A stretch of DNA of 46,474 nt from a virus (lineage: Duplodnaviria; Caudoviricetes). Within the stretch, counting starts at the first letter, position 1. Each line of letters starts with the position of its first letter. Position numbers and translations under genes: made by a program. Shown piece by piece: positions 7,172 through 17,702 of the stretch. The notes beneath the pieces were generated by a model that ran no database searches, was not told where the DNA came from, and saw nothing but the letters and a program-made list of their open reading frames with translations. The stretch spans positions 1 through 46,474 of the IMG/VR virus record IMGVR_UViG_3300017565_000025; one strand, written 5' to 3'.

Positions 7172-8856
7172 TAGATGTTGCTCCGCCAAAGTACGGCATA
7201 GTGATTGACCGTTTCCGGCACGTCGTAGCCGAGGCGGTGGAAGAAGCTTTTGGTTGAGCCCCGGCTCATAAGCTGACCTCGGTTGGAACCCCAGCCGTCT
7301 ACGACAACGTCTTGCGTCTCCCCATAGGCTGTAAACTGGACGGTCCCGGTAGGAGCGCCGCTAAGAGTTAGTTTGACCTTGTTACCTTTGATCTCGGCGC
7401 TTTCGACCGTTGTGTTGGTTGGGCCGCTCCACCCATCGGCGGCGTACATTGTGAAGCCGCCATTTGGCACTGACCGGATGCGCTCGTACTCCCACTCAAG
7501 CGGGCCTTCTGGGACGGCAAACTCAATCTCTGCTGCCGAGCCATCTAGCTCGTAGTTGATGGGCCAGAGAGGCGTCCACGTCTGACCGAGAGTGCAGACG
7601 GTATGATAGGCGAGCGCGCACAACTCGGCGGTCGCCATACGGCCTTTGACCAACTGATGAATGGTGTCCCAAAAGGGGTTGTCGTACATGGGTCCCACGA
7701 GAGAAACTCCCGCCACCGTCTGCGCCACTTTCAGTTGGCCCAGCATTGCCCCTTGAATGTTTGTTCCGGTGTCACCGTGGTTCTCCTGCACAATGAAGAT
7801 GTGTGGCGCATCGCTTTGCCCGGTCGCTTCAACGATTCGGCTCTTGAGCGCCGCCACTATGCTCGTCAGAAGATCGATATAGGTACTCATGACATATGGA
7901 CCGGAAGGACCATGCACGATGAATACCGCGTCGTGGACGTAATCGCGGCCGTAGAGCGCCGCGACTGCCTTCGCGCGGGCAACGTTCTGGACCAGGTTCT
8001 CAAAGACCGGCTGGCCCTCCACGAAGTCGCCCAAAGGCGATCCGCCCTTGGCGAACGACTTGACGACATATCCGGGGCTGGCGCGGCCGGCGTCCCGGTT
8101 CTGCGCCTCGATGGCGAAGCCGGTCAGGGTGCTAATCCACGCGCCCTGCAATAGAATGTCGTGCTGAGGCTCGAAGTCCTGCAACGTCGCAGGATTCTCC
8201 ATGGTGGCGGAGCTACTATTCCGCGCTCCCTGAAACGTCATGACGTGGTGGGGAAACAGTGGCTCAACGAGCGTCGTGTTCTCGCCGCTCGCCATGGCGT
8301 TTGACTGGCCGTAGAACGATATCCCGCGCAGCGCCGCAGTGCTGGATAGCAGCGCCATGTTGGACGTACCAAGCACGCGCTGGATGACGGTCGAAACTGT
8401 TCCGTCCGCCTCCTGGACTTCGCCCTTCACCACATCCGTCGCAGCCCCGAACCTTAGGTTCGTTACGGGATAACCGCCGCGCATAGGACTGCTCGGAGCA
8501 AGCATCACGGCTGGCACTTGGCTCATCGGAAGGCGCGCGTCACCATCGAGAGCCGCGTAGCCGTGAGCCTGTCCTTTCTGGGTGAGCGATTGCCCACCAA
8601 TCTGGTTCAGCACCTCTCCGTGGGAGGGCGCGCCAAGTATGCCTCGCCCCACAGCAGTGAGCGCGGCCAAACCCATTGAGGAAGTTGTGTTGAAGTAGGG
8701 AACTTGCCCCGCCGCTGGCGCTACCTGATCCAGCAGCGCGAGCGGGCCGGTCAGTTCTACATCGTGCGCTTCGTTCCAATTCGATGGCTGAACGGCACCT
8801 TGCCAATTCCCATCCGCCGAAAGGGAAGTGAACAGATGCTTGACCTGAATACCCAT
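7171..8856 (-). CDS. Tail spike/fibre with SGNH-type (SASA/DUF303-like) O-acetylesterase domain
   Basis: Fibre-like N terminus (GYAALDGDARLP); GQSN, KGGS and DTIH motifs. Confidence 0.7.
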   Translation of the reverse strand: MGIQVKHLFTSLSADGNWQGAVQPSNWNEAHDVELTGPLALLDQVAPAAGQVPYFNTTSSMGLAALTAVGRGILGAPSHGEVLNQIGGQSLTQKGQAHGYAALDGDARLPMSQVPAVMLAPSSPMRGGYPVTNLRFGAATDVVKGEVQEADGTVSTVIQRVLGTSNMALLSSTAALRGISFYGQSNAMASGENTTLVEPLFPHHVMTFQGARNSSSATMENPATLQDFEPQHDILLQGAWISTLTGFAIEAQNRDAGRASPGYVVKSFAKGGSPLGDFVEGQPVFENLVQNVARAKAVAALYGRDYVHDAVFIVHGPSGPYVMSTYIDLLTSIVAALKSRIVEATGQSDAPHIFIVQENHGDTGTNIQGAMLGQLKVAQTVAGVSLVGPMYDNPFWDTIHQLVKGRMATAELCALAYHTVCTLGQTWTPLWPINYELDGSAAEIEFAVPEGPLEWEYERIRSVPNGGFTMYAADGWSGPTNTTVESAEIKGNKVKLTLSGAPTGTVQFTAYGETQDVVVDGWGSNRGQLMSRGSTKSFFHRLGYDVPETVNHYAVLWRSNI

Positions 8857-8880
8857 CGGATTGCCTCAATATAGGTGTGA

Positions 8881-9921
8881 TCAGTAGGCGATGCAGGCAA
8901 GACCGGCGAAGTTGCGCGGCCGGGTTTCGGCGCCCCCAAAGGGCGTGATCGTCGCGCCCGAGAAATTGCCAGCGCCGGCGTTCACAGCACCGTTGCCGAT
9001 CTTGCCGTAGTCAGCGCCTGCACCGGCCGTCACATAGCTGCCGCCAAGGTCCACGCCGTGTGTGTGCTGCTTGACCATGTCCGCCTGCGCAGCCCCGAGC
9101 GCGCGACCAGCATCGACACCAGAGCGACCATCTGCGAACATGCGCATGAACTCACCGCGCAGATCGGGAAGTCGGAAGGTGGACGTGCCATTGCCGGACG
9201 AATAGGCCGCCCATGAGTTTTGCCCGGCATCGAGCCAGACCGAATCCGTGACGATCCGGCCAGAGGCGGCTGCGTACTCCCAGAGAGCTGGATAATCGGC
9301 GCGGTTGATGACCTGCCCGTTGGCCTTGAGTGTGCCGGCCAGCGGAGCATTGCCAGTCGCGATGACCAGTTCGCCCGGCGCGTACCGCGACGCCCCGCCG
9401 CCTGTGGAGCCCAAGGAGCGTGACAGCAACTGGAACTTGGCACCATCGTAGACCGACATCGTGATCATGCCGGGCGCCAACGCTCCCGACGGGATCGGCG
9501 AGCCATCCGGCAACGACCAGTTCTTCGGTGCCATCGCATTGGCGGTCAGCGTCATGGGGCCAGTGTTGGCGTAGGCGACGCGGACCAGCACCGCGAGGCC
9601 AGCGCCGAGCGCCGTCACCGCCGGTGAGAACGTCACCACCGCAGCATTCACCGAGCCCGTGTCCTGCCCGTAGCGGAGGCCCACGGACTGCATGGCCCGC
9701 CAAAGCATATCGTCCGCGTTATTCCGGAGAATCCCGGAATAGTCGAATGCAACACGAAGCTGAGCCAGCACGTCATTGAGGAATTGCGCCGGGATGACGG
9801 TTCCGTCCTTCGCGGTCGGGGACGTGCAGTCCTTGAACCACGTATCAAGATCGCCACGCGGTTCTCCGGACGGGCGACTCGTGACAGCGTTCGTCGAACT
9901 CGGGCCAAGGATATCGGGCAT
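8881..9921 (-). CDS. Tail fibre protein with tail-collar domain
   Basis: LKANGQVINRADYPALW, TFRLPDLRGEF, ETRPRN, C-terminal CIAY. Confidence 0.88.
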   Translation of the reverse strand: MPDILGPSSTNAVTSRPSGEPRGDLDTWFKDCTSPTAKDGTVIPAQFLNDVLAQLRVAFDYSGILRNNADDMLWRAMQSVGLRYGQDTGSVNAAVVTFSPAVTALGAGLAVLVRVAYANTGPMTLTANAMAPKNWSLPDGSPIPSGALAPGMITMSVYDGAKFQLLSRSLGSTGGGASRYAPGELVIATGNAPLAGTLKANGQVINRADYPALWEYAAASGRIVTDSVWLDAGQNSWAAYSSGNGTSTFRLPDLRGEFMRMFADGRSGVDAGRALGAAQADMVKQHTHGVDLGGSYVTAGAGADYGKIGNGAVNAGAGNFSGATITPFGGAETRPRNFAGLACIAY

Positions 9922-9931
9922 CGGTTCCGCC

Positions 9932-10621
9932 TTACGAAACGAGGATGTAGTTCACTTCGAGGTGCGCATGGACCATGCGCTCGATGAGGCACCGCAAGCC
10001 GGTGATGTCGGGTGCGTCGCAGGCCATGGCCTCACCGGCGCTTATCAATCCGGTTTGAGGTTGGGTCTCGCCGCCGCCATAGAACGACGGGCTGTCGCCA
10101 AGGTAGACGACGATAAAGAAGCCGGATTTTCGGGAATAGCCCGTCTGTGCGTCACCAGCTTCGTCACAGCCTGTCTGCGCACCGCACTGAACGGTGCCGT
10201 CCATGCATTCGATGGCCCAGCCCGCCCTTGCGGCGACGGCCTGGTAGTATTCGCAGCGCGTGCCGCCGATGGCGGAGACCTTCGCGCAGAGGTCCGGAAA
10301 CGGGTCGCACGGGTCAGGAAGGCCATATTCGGCCATCCACTCGTTGTGGGTTTCCGTCTTGCTGGCGCACCAAAACTCCTCGCGGAGTGCACACAGGCGA
10401 GATTCCAACCACCAGCGCACGGCGCCGATGGCGGACCAGAAACGGTAGAGGATCGTCCCGGGCTTGTGCTCCGTCTGAAACCCAGGCGCGCTGAAGGCCA
10501 CCGGCATGAACGGCGGATCAACAAACTCCTGCGGCGTCGCCTCATGGTTCTGCCATGCGCGGCCGCGCGGCAGCAGCGCGACGGTCGCCGCGATGCTTTC
10601 TGGGAGCGTGGGGCAGCGCAT
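9932..10621 (-). CDS. Baseplate wedge protein (Mu gp48/YmfQ, DUF2313-like)
   Basis: ALLPRGRAW, WMAEYGLPD, LRCLIERMVHAH; follows baseplate J. Confidence 0.8.
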   Translation of the reverse strand: MRCPTLPESIAATVALLPRGRAWQNHEATPQEFVDPPFMPVAFSAPGFQTEHKPGTILYRFWSAIGAVRWWLESRLCALREEFWCASKTETHNEWMAEYGLPDPCDPFPDLCAKVSAIGGTRCEYYQAVAARAGWAIECMDGTVQCGAQTGCDEAGDAQTGYSRKSGFFIVVYLGDSPSFYGGGETQPQTGLISAGEAMACDAPDITGLRCLIERMVHAHLEVNYILVS

Positions 10622-11724
10622 CAGGCAAACGTCACAGTCCCGAGGGTGGCAATCTCTCCTGGGTTGAGCGTCACGTCAGCGGCGGGTGCCGTGACGATGT
10701 GACGTGTCTCCCCGGTCGCGTTCGCCACCGCCTGCCAGATCCACGACCGCGAGAACGACGTGGGGACGGAAAGGAAGGACATTCCGCCGTGAGTGGTGTC
10801 TGTCCCGGCTGGGCGAGACTCGCGCGCGAAGGCGTCCCGCAGTTCGGACAGGACGGCCTCCCGCACGGACGTCGTGTCGGGCTCAAGGCCGGTGATCGTG
10901 ATGTTGACCGGGACGGGCGTTGGAGCCGCCACCGTGACCATGGCCCCGGCTGGGCACACCGCCGCGATATAGTCCGCCACGCGCGCCACTTCGCCGTCTG
11001 GGGCGATGCCATGGGGATAGAGGTCGTCCATCAGCACGAAGATCCGCACGGTGCCGGCGCCGGCCCATAGCCGCTCGACGAATACGCGGGACACGCCGGA
11101 AACCGACTTGGCCCACATGACATAGTCGGAGGCTGATCCACCGTGAGGCGGATACCGCTTCCTGAACAGGATGCGCTGGCGATAAGCCTCGTCGTCCTCG
11201 ACATCGGCACCGCCGACGATCCCGCCCGCACCGACCACCGCAGTCGCCGGGCCCGTAACGCCGGCCACCAGTGCGAGCGGCGCGCCAGCGTCTAGCGATC
11301 CCGCCTTGCCATTGGCGACGGCAACCACCTCGACCTCAAGGGTGCCGGTCCCGCCGATGCTGGCAGGCGTGAGGCTGCGATACCGCACGCCATCGCCCCG
11401 CTCGAACACGGCGCTCGGCTCGACTGTCACCGGCCCCGTCGTCGTCAGCACCACCACGCCGCGTGCGGGCTCCGCCGGGAGGCGCGGCATCCCATATTCG
11501 TTCCCATGACGGTCAAGGCTGTCACCGTCGGCCGTCTGGGCGAACATCTGGCGCGAGATGTATTCCGCGAAAGCGAATACCTCGAACACGATGCCCGCGA
11601 ACACCTTCGCGACGACGTTCAGGTTGTTCGGCCACACCCAGGCGTCGGTGCCCGGCAGATTGGTGCGGAGCGATTGGCGCGACCGCTCCAAAAGCTGCGG
11701 CAGCGTCGGGATGGAAAAGCTCAT
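10621..11724 (-). CDS. Baseplate J-like protein (Mu gp47)
   Basis: Start MSFSIPTL, ATGA-coupled; TADGDSLDRHG, GGADVEDDEAYRQRI, GGSASDYVMWA. Confidence 0.9.
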   Translation of the reverse strand: MSFSIPTLPQLLERSRQSLRTNLPGTDAWVWPNNLNVVAKVFAGIVFEVFAFAEYISRQMFAQTADGDSLDRHGNEYGMPRLPAEPARGVVVLTTTGPVTVEPSAVFERGDGVRYRSLTPASIGGTGTLEVEVVAVANGKAGSLDAGAPLALVAGVTGPATAVVGAGGIVGGADVEDDEAYRQRILFRKRYPPHGGSASDYVMWAKSVSGVSRVFVERLWAGAGTVRIFVLMDDLYPHGIAPDGEVARVADYIAAVCPAGAMVTVAAPTPVPVNITITGLEPDTTSVREAVLSELRDAFARESRPAGTDTTHGGMSFLSVPTSFSRSWIWQAVANATGETRHIVTAPAADVTLNPGEIATLGTVTFA

Positions 11725-12260
11725 GTCGCCACCTGACGCCAGATATCTTCGAAGCGATGCTCGTATTTCCGGGTGCCATCCCGGCCATAAAGCTGGACGT
11801 ACAGATTGAGACGGTTGAGCGCCTGTCTGGCCTCGGCTTGCACGTCGATCCGGACCACCGCGCCCTGTCGGATCAGCGGCGCCAATGCTTCCTCGGCGAG
11901 CCTCTGAGCCCACCGGCGGGTGTCCTCGGTCAAGACCGCCCGCTCCAGCGTCCAGAGCAGCGAGCCCAATTCGTCCTCGAACAGATCGACGCGGACATCG
12001 ACGGCATCGCCCCACCAGCCCCGGGGATCGCCGTCTCCAACATACTTTCGCAGCGGGTGATCGTCCGGGCACCTGCGATCCGTGAACAGCGCCAGCACCA
12101 CCGCCGTGTGCAGCGCGGCCGTGGCTTGCAGGCCACCGCGGTTCAGCGTCTCGTTCGGCCCCGCAACCGCCCAATCGGCAAAGCCGTTCTCGGGCGACCA
12201 CACGCTGTCTATGAGCAATTGCGGCTGCGGATCGCTGCCCTCGCTGATCCGGACCCGCAT
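11721..12260 (-). CDS. Mu gp46-like baseplate protein
   Basis: LHTAVVLALFTDRR, RGWWGD, GSLLWTLER. Confidence 0.9.
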   Translation of the reverse strand: MRVRISEGSDPQPQLLIDSVWSPENGFADWAVAGPNETLNRGGLQATAALHTAVVLALFTDRRCPDDHPLRKYVGDGDPRGWWGDAVDVRVDLFEDELGSLLWTLERAVLTEDTRRWAQRLAEEALAPLIRQGAVVRIDVQAEARQALNRLNLYVQLYGRDGTRKYEHRFEDIWRQVAT

Positions 12261-12805
12261 CAGTCAATCCTTCCCCAGATCACGTCAGACGGACCGGCCT
12301 CTGTGACCATCTTATGGTCAGCCTGCTCGGTCGGCGTCTTCACTGCGAGATCGATGCGGTGCGGCCTGATCCGCACCCATCGCGTGCCGACGCCAATGGC
12401 TACGTCTTCGGCGCCTTCGATCCTGACGGTCGAGGCATTCTTGATCGTGACCGGCTTGCCGCCGGCGTCGAACTCGGTCGAGTCCTCGACCATCTTCAAA
12501 ATCTTGCCGTGCGCGTCGTAGAGGGCTGTCCCGCCCGAAGGCAGGCCCTTCGGACGGTGCTCCCGGTGCTCGCCGCCGAGCGCCACCTGACGGTCACCAG
12601 CCCCGCCCAGGCCCATCAGCACCAGTTCGGCGTCCGAAGGTGGATTGCTGGACAGCCCGTGCTGCTGGACGCGCAGGATGTTTCGAGGCTTGTCGGCTCT
12701 CAGCCCGGACAGATCGACAAATTGCTGCGTGCCGTCGTCATTGACCGCCGTGATGCGTGCGCGGCGGAGGACACCCCGCAACGCCTCGTCGATCTCAAAT
12801 GACAT
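12260..12805 (-). CDS. Baseplate spike (Mu gp45-like)
   Basis: QHGLSSNPP, RPKGLPSGGTALYD. Confidence 0.85.
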   Translation of the reverse strand: MSFEIDEALRGVLRRARITAVNDDGTQQFVDLSGLRADKPRNILRVQQHGLSSNPPSDAELVLMGLGGAGDRQVALGGEHREHRPKGLPSGGTALYDAHGKILKMVEDSTEFDAGGKPVTIKNASTVRIEGAEDVAIGVGTRWVRIRPHRIDLAVKTPTEQADHKMVTEAGPSDVIWGRID

Positions 12806-12808
12806 GTT

Positions 12809-13906
12809 TCACTCGGCGTCGCTGTCGTCCATCGACCACTCGTCGCCGGACTTGTTGCCCTTTCCGCCCTTCCCGCCATAGGCCCGTGGATCGACGAGCG
12901 CCAGCGCGGTAAGCGATCCTCCGGAGTCCTGCCCGTAGTCCACGCTCTCGACGAGCATGTCCTGCGCGATGTCGAGAAACGGGGACTCCACCCAGACCAG
13001 ATGGCCCGGCGTCCAGAGCGTGCCGGTGTCATCGCGAAAGCCCGGCACCGTGATCCGCGCTTTCAGGCCGTTACCCGCCGCGCGATCCTTTCGGTTCTTC
13101 GCCCGTGTCCTGGCGCGCTCCTTGGAAGTGTCTTCCCGCTCGATGATCACAACCGGCCGATTTCGACCAACTTGAGCGTCGCGGGCAATGGCTTCGATCT
13201 CCAGCGCATCCACACCGTGGTCCAGAGGCCGCTGCCCCCGCACAATGTAGCGGCTGTGGCGGTTGCTTTCGTTGTGATCCGACGAACCCGCTTTGATGTT
13301 CTTGCCTTCGAACAATCCTCCGGCGTGGCGCTCCTTGCCGGCCTTCGCCAGCTTGGCGTTCCCATCTGCCATCCCGGTGATAGTGAGACCCTGCTGGCGG
13401 GCCAGTTCCTCCACGGTGCGGAACACGCTCTTGCCCGGCGTCAATTGATAGCGCGGGATCTGCTCCAACTGCTCGTCTGTCAGGAACTTCGCGGATAGAC
13501 CGTCCGAAATCGCATTGCCGATCTCGTCCAGCGTCTCGTCCTCGAAGGACCCAGTATCGTGCATCGCACTGCTGTCGATCAGGTCCGCCGACTTGGACCG
13601 GCCACTCACGGCGATCGACGCGCTGTCAGCGTCGAAGTTGGGCTGCTTTTGCTCAATGAACCCATCGAGTACCAGGTCGCCGCCGATGAATATCTGCACC
13701 GGCGTGCCGGTCGCGAACACCGCGTTGGTCGCGCTGGCGCCCAGCTCGGCTGCAACCTCCAATCGGAACGACCGAGCCGCCTCGTCAAATGCAGCGCGCA
13801 CCTGCGTCCGGGTGAAGGCGGTGTACCGCTGTCCGCCCACCAGCACCGACACCACCTCGGGCTCGCCACGGATACCCGAGGCGAACGGATTGCGAGGGTC
13901 GAACAT
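12809..13906 (-). CDS. Baseplate hub (Mu gp44/gpP-like)
   Basis: SGRSKSADLIDSS, RHSRYIVRGQ, LWTPGHLV. Confidence 0.88.
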   Translation of the reverse strand: MFDPRNPFASGIRGEPEVVSVLVGGQRYTAFTRTQVRAAFDEAARSFRLEVAAELGASATNAVFATGTPVQIFIGGDLVLDGFIEQKQPNFDADSASIAVSGRSKSADLIDSSAMHDTGSFEDETLDEIGNAISDGLSAKFLTDEQLEQIPRYQLTPGKSVFRTVEELARQQGLTITGMADGNAKLAKAGKERHAGGLFEGKNIKAGSSDHNESNRHSRYIVRGQRPLDHGVDALEIEAIARDAQVGRNRPVVIIEREDTSKERARTRAKNRKDRAAGNGLKARITVPGFRDDTGTLWTPGHLVWVESPFLDIAQDMLVESVDYGQDSGGSLTALALVDPRAYGGKGGKGNKSGDEWSMDDSDAE

Positions 13907-15105
13907 CAGCGGGCAAGCGCCTCAAACTTCGTCGGCATTAATGATGGGTGCGGCACGAGATTCCGCGCCGCGATCTCCCGAGACCGCAGCGGGTCCCGGT
14001 ACAGCCGGAAGGCCCACCAGAGGCTCGGCAGAACCGCATTGGCCTCCACCGTCACCACCGGTGCGGCGTCGAGGATCGCCCGGGACAGATAGTCGATGGT
14101 CACATTCCGCAGGTCCACCAACGCCGTGTTCAGCGCCATGTCGCCACCGCGCAGGCCGTTCAGTTCACGCTCGAACATTTCCGCCACATCGGCGCGCAGG
14201 GTGATGCCGGCCGGCCGATCCGTGATCGACACTCGCACCACGGCCTCGGCATATGCGGTGATGCCGGCGAGCCGCGCAACACGATATCCGGCCACCCGAT
14301 TGGCGTCAGCCCGGCGGGCATTGCGCGTCGGATACGACGGCGCGCGCTCAGCCACCAAGGAGTCCACGACCGGCCCGAAGGCCCGCACTGCGGCCTCTCC
14401 GGACATGCCGTCGCCAATGGCCTGCGCAGAGCCCGTCAGGGCCGCTGCAACCGCCTCCGGATCGGACCCGACCAAGATGCCGGCCGTGTCATAGATCGCC
14501 TGTAGGGCGTCTCTCTGGGTCGCGCTGACGGCAACGTCCACGGGCTCCGAGGTCCGGAGAGCGTCGAACGTCGCAGCACCGTCCTGAATGGCCGACACCG
14601 CGGCCGAAACCACCTGTTCAGGCTGCCCCGCCACGGTGACGGACTGGGCATAGTTCGCGGACGCGATCCCGACCAGCGCATCGGCCGCGACGAACACCAG
14701 ATTCGCCAAAGACGCGACCGAGAGCAGCGATGACGCCGCGCCCTGCCGCAGGAATTTCAGGGTGAAGGCGACCTTGCCGGCCCGGTCCTTCTCCCGAGAC
14801 CGGGAAAACTCCAAGCACCGGACGGTGATCGGCCCTTCCAGCGGAAGGACAAGGATCGCCGGCCCGCGCTGCGAACATGCGGCGATCAGCGCCGCCGCCT
14901 CGCCGTCCGCATTGTCCGAGGCTACATAGGCAGTCAGATCGAACGACCGCTTCGACTCCCCCAGATCCTCGAGAAACGGGTCATCCCGCATCGGAAATTC
15001 GTGGGCGACAACACGGCGGCCGCCACCCACGGAATCCGTCTCGGTCTGGAACGGCACGCCCCTGAAAGACGCTGCCCAGAGCGTGGTGAGCCAGTTGCGA
15101 GCCAT
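13906..15105 (-). CDS. Mu-like DNA circularization protein
   Basis: ASFRGVPF, HEFPMRD, EDLG N-terminal signature; C-terminal RNLVPHP. Confidence 0.9.
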   Translation of the reverse strand: MARNWLTTLWAASFRGVPFQTETDSVGGGRRVVAHEFPMRDDPFLEDLGESKRSFDLTAYVASDNADGEAAALIAACSQRGPAILVLPLEGPITVRCLEFSRSREKDRAGKVAFTLKFLRQGAASSLLSVASLANLVFVAADALVGIASANYAQSVTVAGQPEQVVSAAVSAIQDGAATFDALRTSEPVDVAVSATQRDALQAIYDTAGILVGSDPEAVAAALTGSAQAIGDGMSGEAAVRAFGPVVDSLVAERAPSYPTRNARRADANRVAGYRVARLAGITAYAEAVVRVSITDRPAGITLRADVAEMFERELNGLRGGDMALNTALVDLRNVTIDYLSRAILDAAPVVTVEANAVLPSLWWAFRLYRDPLRSREIAARNLVPHPSLMPTKFEALAR

Positions 15106-15113
15106 GTCCGTTC

Positions 15114-17699
15114 CTACCGCGGGCCGACCGCACCGCCCCAGCTATTCTGCGGAGCGGCCGCGTCGGGCGATGACTTGCCTGTGCTGCCGGGGCCGTTGGC
15201 ATTGTACATGCCGCTGAGACCAATCGGCACCTGCCGCATGGTCTCCACGATCTGCAACAAGTTGCTGCTGGCCTGCACCTCGACCTTTAGGCTGGCCTCA
15301 CCGCGCACCTCGGCCGATCCGGTCAACTGCGCCTGCGTCGGGATTTGGCCGCCGCTCACCATCGCAGGCCATGCCGGTGCAGCACCAAGAGACGGCAACC
15401 CCAGCCGCGCGCGGTCGGAGTTGAACGCCTCGACCATGCCTCCGCGCCGGCGAGCGGCATTCCGAGCCCGAAGCGTGGCCTCCTGCGAAGCCCCTTCGGG
15501 ATCGAGATAGTTGATCAGCCGGGCACCGCCCAAGCCGCCAACCGCCACGCCACCGGCTATCGTTATCGGGTTGGTGAGGAACGGCACCGCAGCGCCACCC
15601 ATAGCGGCAAGCCGGGCACCCCAGCCAGCAGCGCCACCCGCGGCTCCGCCGGCAGCAGCAGCGCCGCCAGCACCCGCGGCACCAGCAGCCACTCCCCCGC
15701 CCTTGAGCGTCACAGCAGCGCCTGTCAGCGCCGCGGCAGCACCGTCGAGTGCAACAGCGGAGGCAGACAGCCCGAAGCCGTTCCAGAGCTTGTACATGGC
15801 CATGCCGCCGGCCGCGAGGCCGAGGCCGCCAGCCGTGAGCGACGCGCCTTGCATGACGGGCTTCGGCAGGTTGGACAGCCAGTCGAAGGCATTTCCGAGT
15901 TTGTCGAACGAGACCTTGAGGAGGCCCTCGTTTGCTTCACCGATCGACAAGGTCAGGTTTTCAATCGATCCCTTGAGGTTTTCGAGAGCACCGCCCAGGC
16001 CCGCCATGATCTCGTCGGCGCGGCTTTTCGCGAAGTTCGGATCATTGTCCGTTTCCCGCAATGCCCCGCGGGACTCGTTGTATTCGTCTCGCATCCGCTG
16101 GGTGACCGCAAAGCGGCCGCCCTGCCGATAGTCGAAGATCGAATTGATCTGAGCCAGACTCAGGTTCGACGCCATCAGCTTGTCGAGCAGCCCCTGCGCA
16201 TCGATGCTCTGCGCAGAAAAGTTGTGAAACGTCCCAGCCGCCTTGGCGATCTTGGCCCGGTCGGAAGCCGCAATCTTTCCTTTCTTGGTCACCGGGAACA
16301 GCGACGACGTCGCCTTGGTGACTGCTTCGGTGAATGCTCCCCGGTCCTCGATCGCCGCTGGATCGGAAAGGACCTTCTCAAGCCGTTTGCGAACCCGGTC
16401 ATTGAAGCTGATGCCGATGTCCTGCTTGAACTGCGTCTCAAGCCGGCCGACGTCCAGCCGATCCGGCATCCGGATATAGTTGTCATAGTTGATGCCGGCC
16501 GCGAGCATCGCGGAACGGCCCTTCTTCGTCGGCGCAGCCAGCTTGCCAGCGACCTGCCGCATGAACACGCCGGCCTCCTGGCCGGGAATGCCACCGCGCC
16601 GAGCCAGTGCACCAATGGAGAGGAATGCATCCTCGGACACGCCGACGACGCTGTTCGCACCGGCTCCATATTTCAGATACTGCGGCACGTCATCAGCCGA
16701 CATGCCACCCAGCTTCGCCATTCGCATGATGCGGTTGACCGCAAGCTGGCTTTCCCGGAGGGCCTTTTCCTTGGTGGAGATGTCCTTTCCGGTGGTCTGG
16801 AGATAGGTCCGAACCGTTTCCGCCGCCTGCTTCAGGTCGGTCTCCATGGCGATAGCGTAGTGCTTGACGTTCTCCATGATCCCGGCCGCGACCTCAGCCC
16901 GGATCTGTCCCGTTATGCCGGTCGGAAGGCCCTGCATCGACGCCGTCTGCGCCTGCACCACGTCGATATTCGTGAATTGCGTCTCCTGGCCGATCCGCTT
17001 CGCCTGCGGGATCAGAATGTCAGCCTGGGTCTGACGGCTGATGTTGCCCTCAGTCAGCTCCCGCTGCTTCCGAACGGCGATGTCGAACTCGGCCGCGCTG
17101 GTGACAGCCTTTTTCGCCACGTTGCGGGTCTGATAGCCGGCAGCAAGACCGCCCAGCATGCCAACGGTGCCGGCGACGTTGCCGGCGATCTGCCGAGTAC
17201 GGCCGAACCGCTCCTGACGGACCAGCGCAGCGTTCGTGCGCTCCACTGCGGCCCGCAATTGATCCTGCGCCTGCGCCGCCTTGCGGGCCGGGATACCCAT
17301 GCCTTCCAGAGCCCGGCGCGCGCCGGCAAAAGCCGTGCGCTGGGACTCGAACGCCTTCGCCGCATTCGACACGGCACGCTGTGCGCGCTCATAGTCCCGC
17401 GCCAGTTGCTTGGTCGGACCCTCGCCCGCTTTCATCGCTCGGGCCGCGCGCTCGACCGCGACCTGCATTTCGCGGAATTTGGTGTTCGCTGCGCTGAAGC
17501 CCGACTTGGCGGCCATGAACTTGTCGATGGCCGTCATCTGGGCCTGAACGCCCTTCAGGGAGGCCGAGACCTGATCGACCTGCTTGGCCATCCCCCTGTT
17601 CTTGCCGAGTTGGTCGAGCTTCTTCGACAACTTGTCGAGAACGGGAGACAGGGTCTCCTGACCGGTAATCCGCGCCTTGGCTTCAATGATCTTGGCCAT
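15114..17699 (-). CDS. Tail tape measure protein
   Basis: 861 aa, Ala/Gly-rich and helical; directly follows the chaperone genes. Confidence 0.88.
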   Translation of the reverse strand: MAKIIEAKARITGQETLSPVLDKLSKKLDQLGKNRGMAKQVDQVSASLKGVQAQMTAIDKFMAAKSGFSAANTKFREMQVAVERAARAMKAGEGPTKQLARDYERAQRAVSNAAKAFESQRTAFAGARRALEGMGIPARKAAQAQDQLRAAVERTNAALVRQERFGRTRQIAGNVAGTVGMLGGLAAGYQTRNVAKKAVTSAAEFDIAVRKQRELTEGNISRQTQADILIPQAKRIGQETQFTNIDVVQAQTASMQGLPTGITGQIRAEVAAGIMENVKHYAIAMETDLKQAAETVRTYLQTTGKDISTKEKALRESQLAVNRIMRMAKLGGMSADDVPQYLKYGAGANSVVGVSEDAFLSIGALARRGGIPGQEAGVFMRQVAGKLAAPTKKGRSAMLAAGINYDNYIRMPDRLDVGRLETQFKQDIGISFNDRVRKRLEKVLSDPAAIEDRGAFTEAVTKATSSLFPVTKKGKIAASDRAKIAKAAGTFHNFSAQSIDAQGLLDKLMASNLSLAQINSIFDYRQGGRFAVTQRMRDEYNESRGALRETDNDPNFAKSRADEIMAGLGGALENLKGSIENLTLSIGEANEGLLKVSFDKLGNAFDWLSNLPKPVMQGASLTAGGLGLAAGGMAMYKLWNGFGLSASAVALDGAAAALTGAAVTLKGGGVAAGAAGAGGAAAAGGAAGGAAGWGARLAAMGGAAVPFLTNPITIAGGVAVGGLGGARLINYLDPEGASQEATLRARNAARRRGGMVEAFNSDRARLGLPSLGAAPAWPAMVSGGQIPTQAQLTGSAEVRGEASLKVEVQASSNLLQIVETMRQVPIGLSGMYNANGPGSTGKSSPDAAAPQNSWGGAVGPR

Positions 17700-17702
17700 G
17701 CG

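Noticed and set aside
6164-9921. Diversity-generating retroelement or invertible tail-fibre switch
   Set aside because: No reverse transcriptase, template/variable repeat pair, invertase or flanking inverted repeats seen by eye.
11725-12267. N-terminal extension of the baseplate J ORF (548 aa in the track)
   Set aside because: Overlaps gp46 in another frame; the real start is the ATGA-coupled ATG at 11724.
15620-15760. GC-rich low-complexity repeats (GCA/GCC/CCG)
   Set aside because: They encode the Gly/Ala-rich segment of the tape measure protein; not a separate repeat element.
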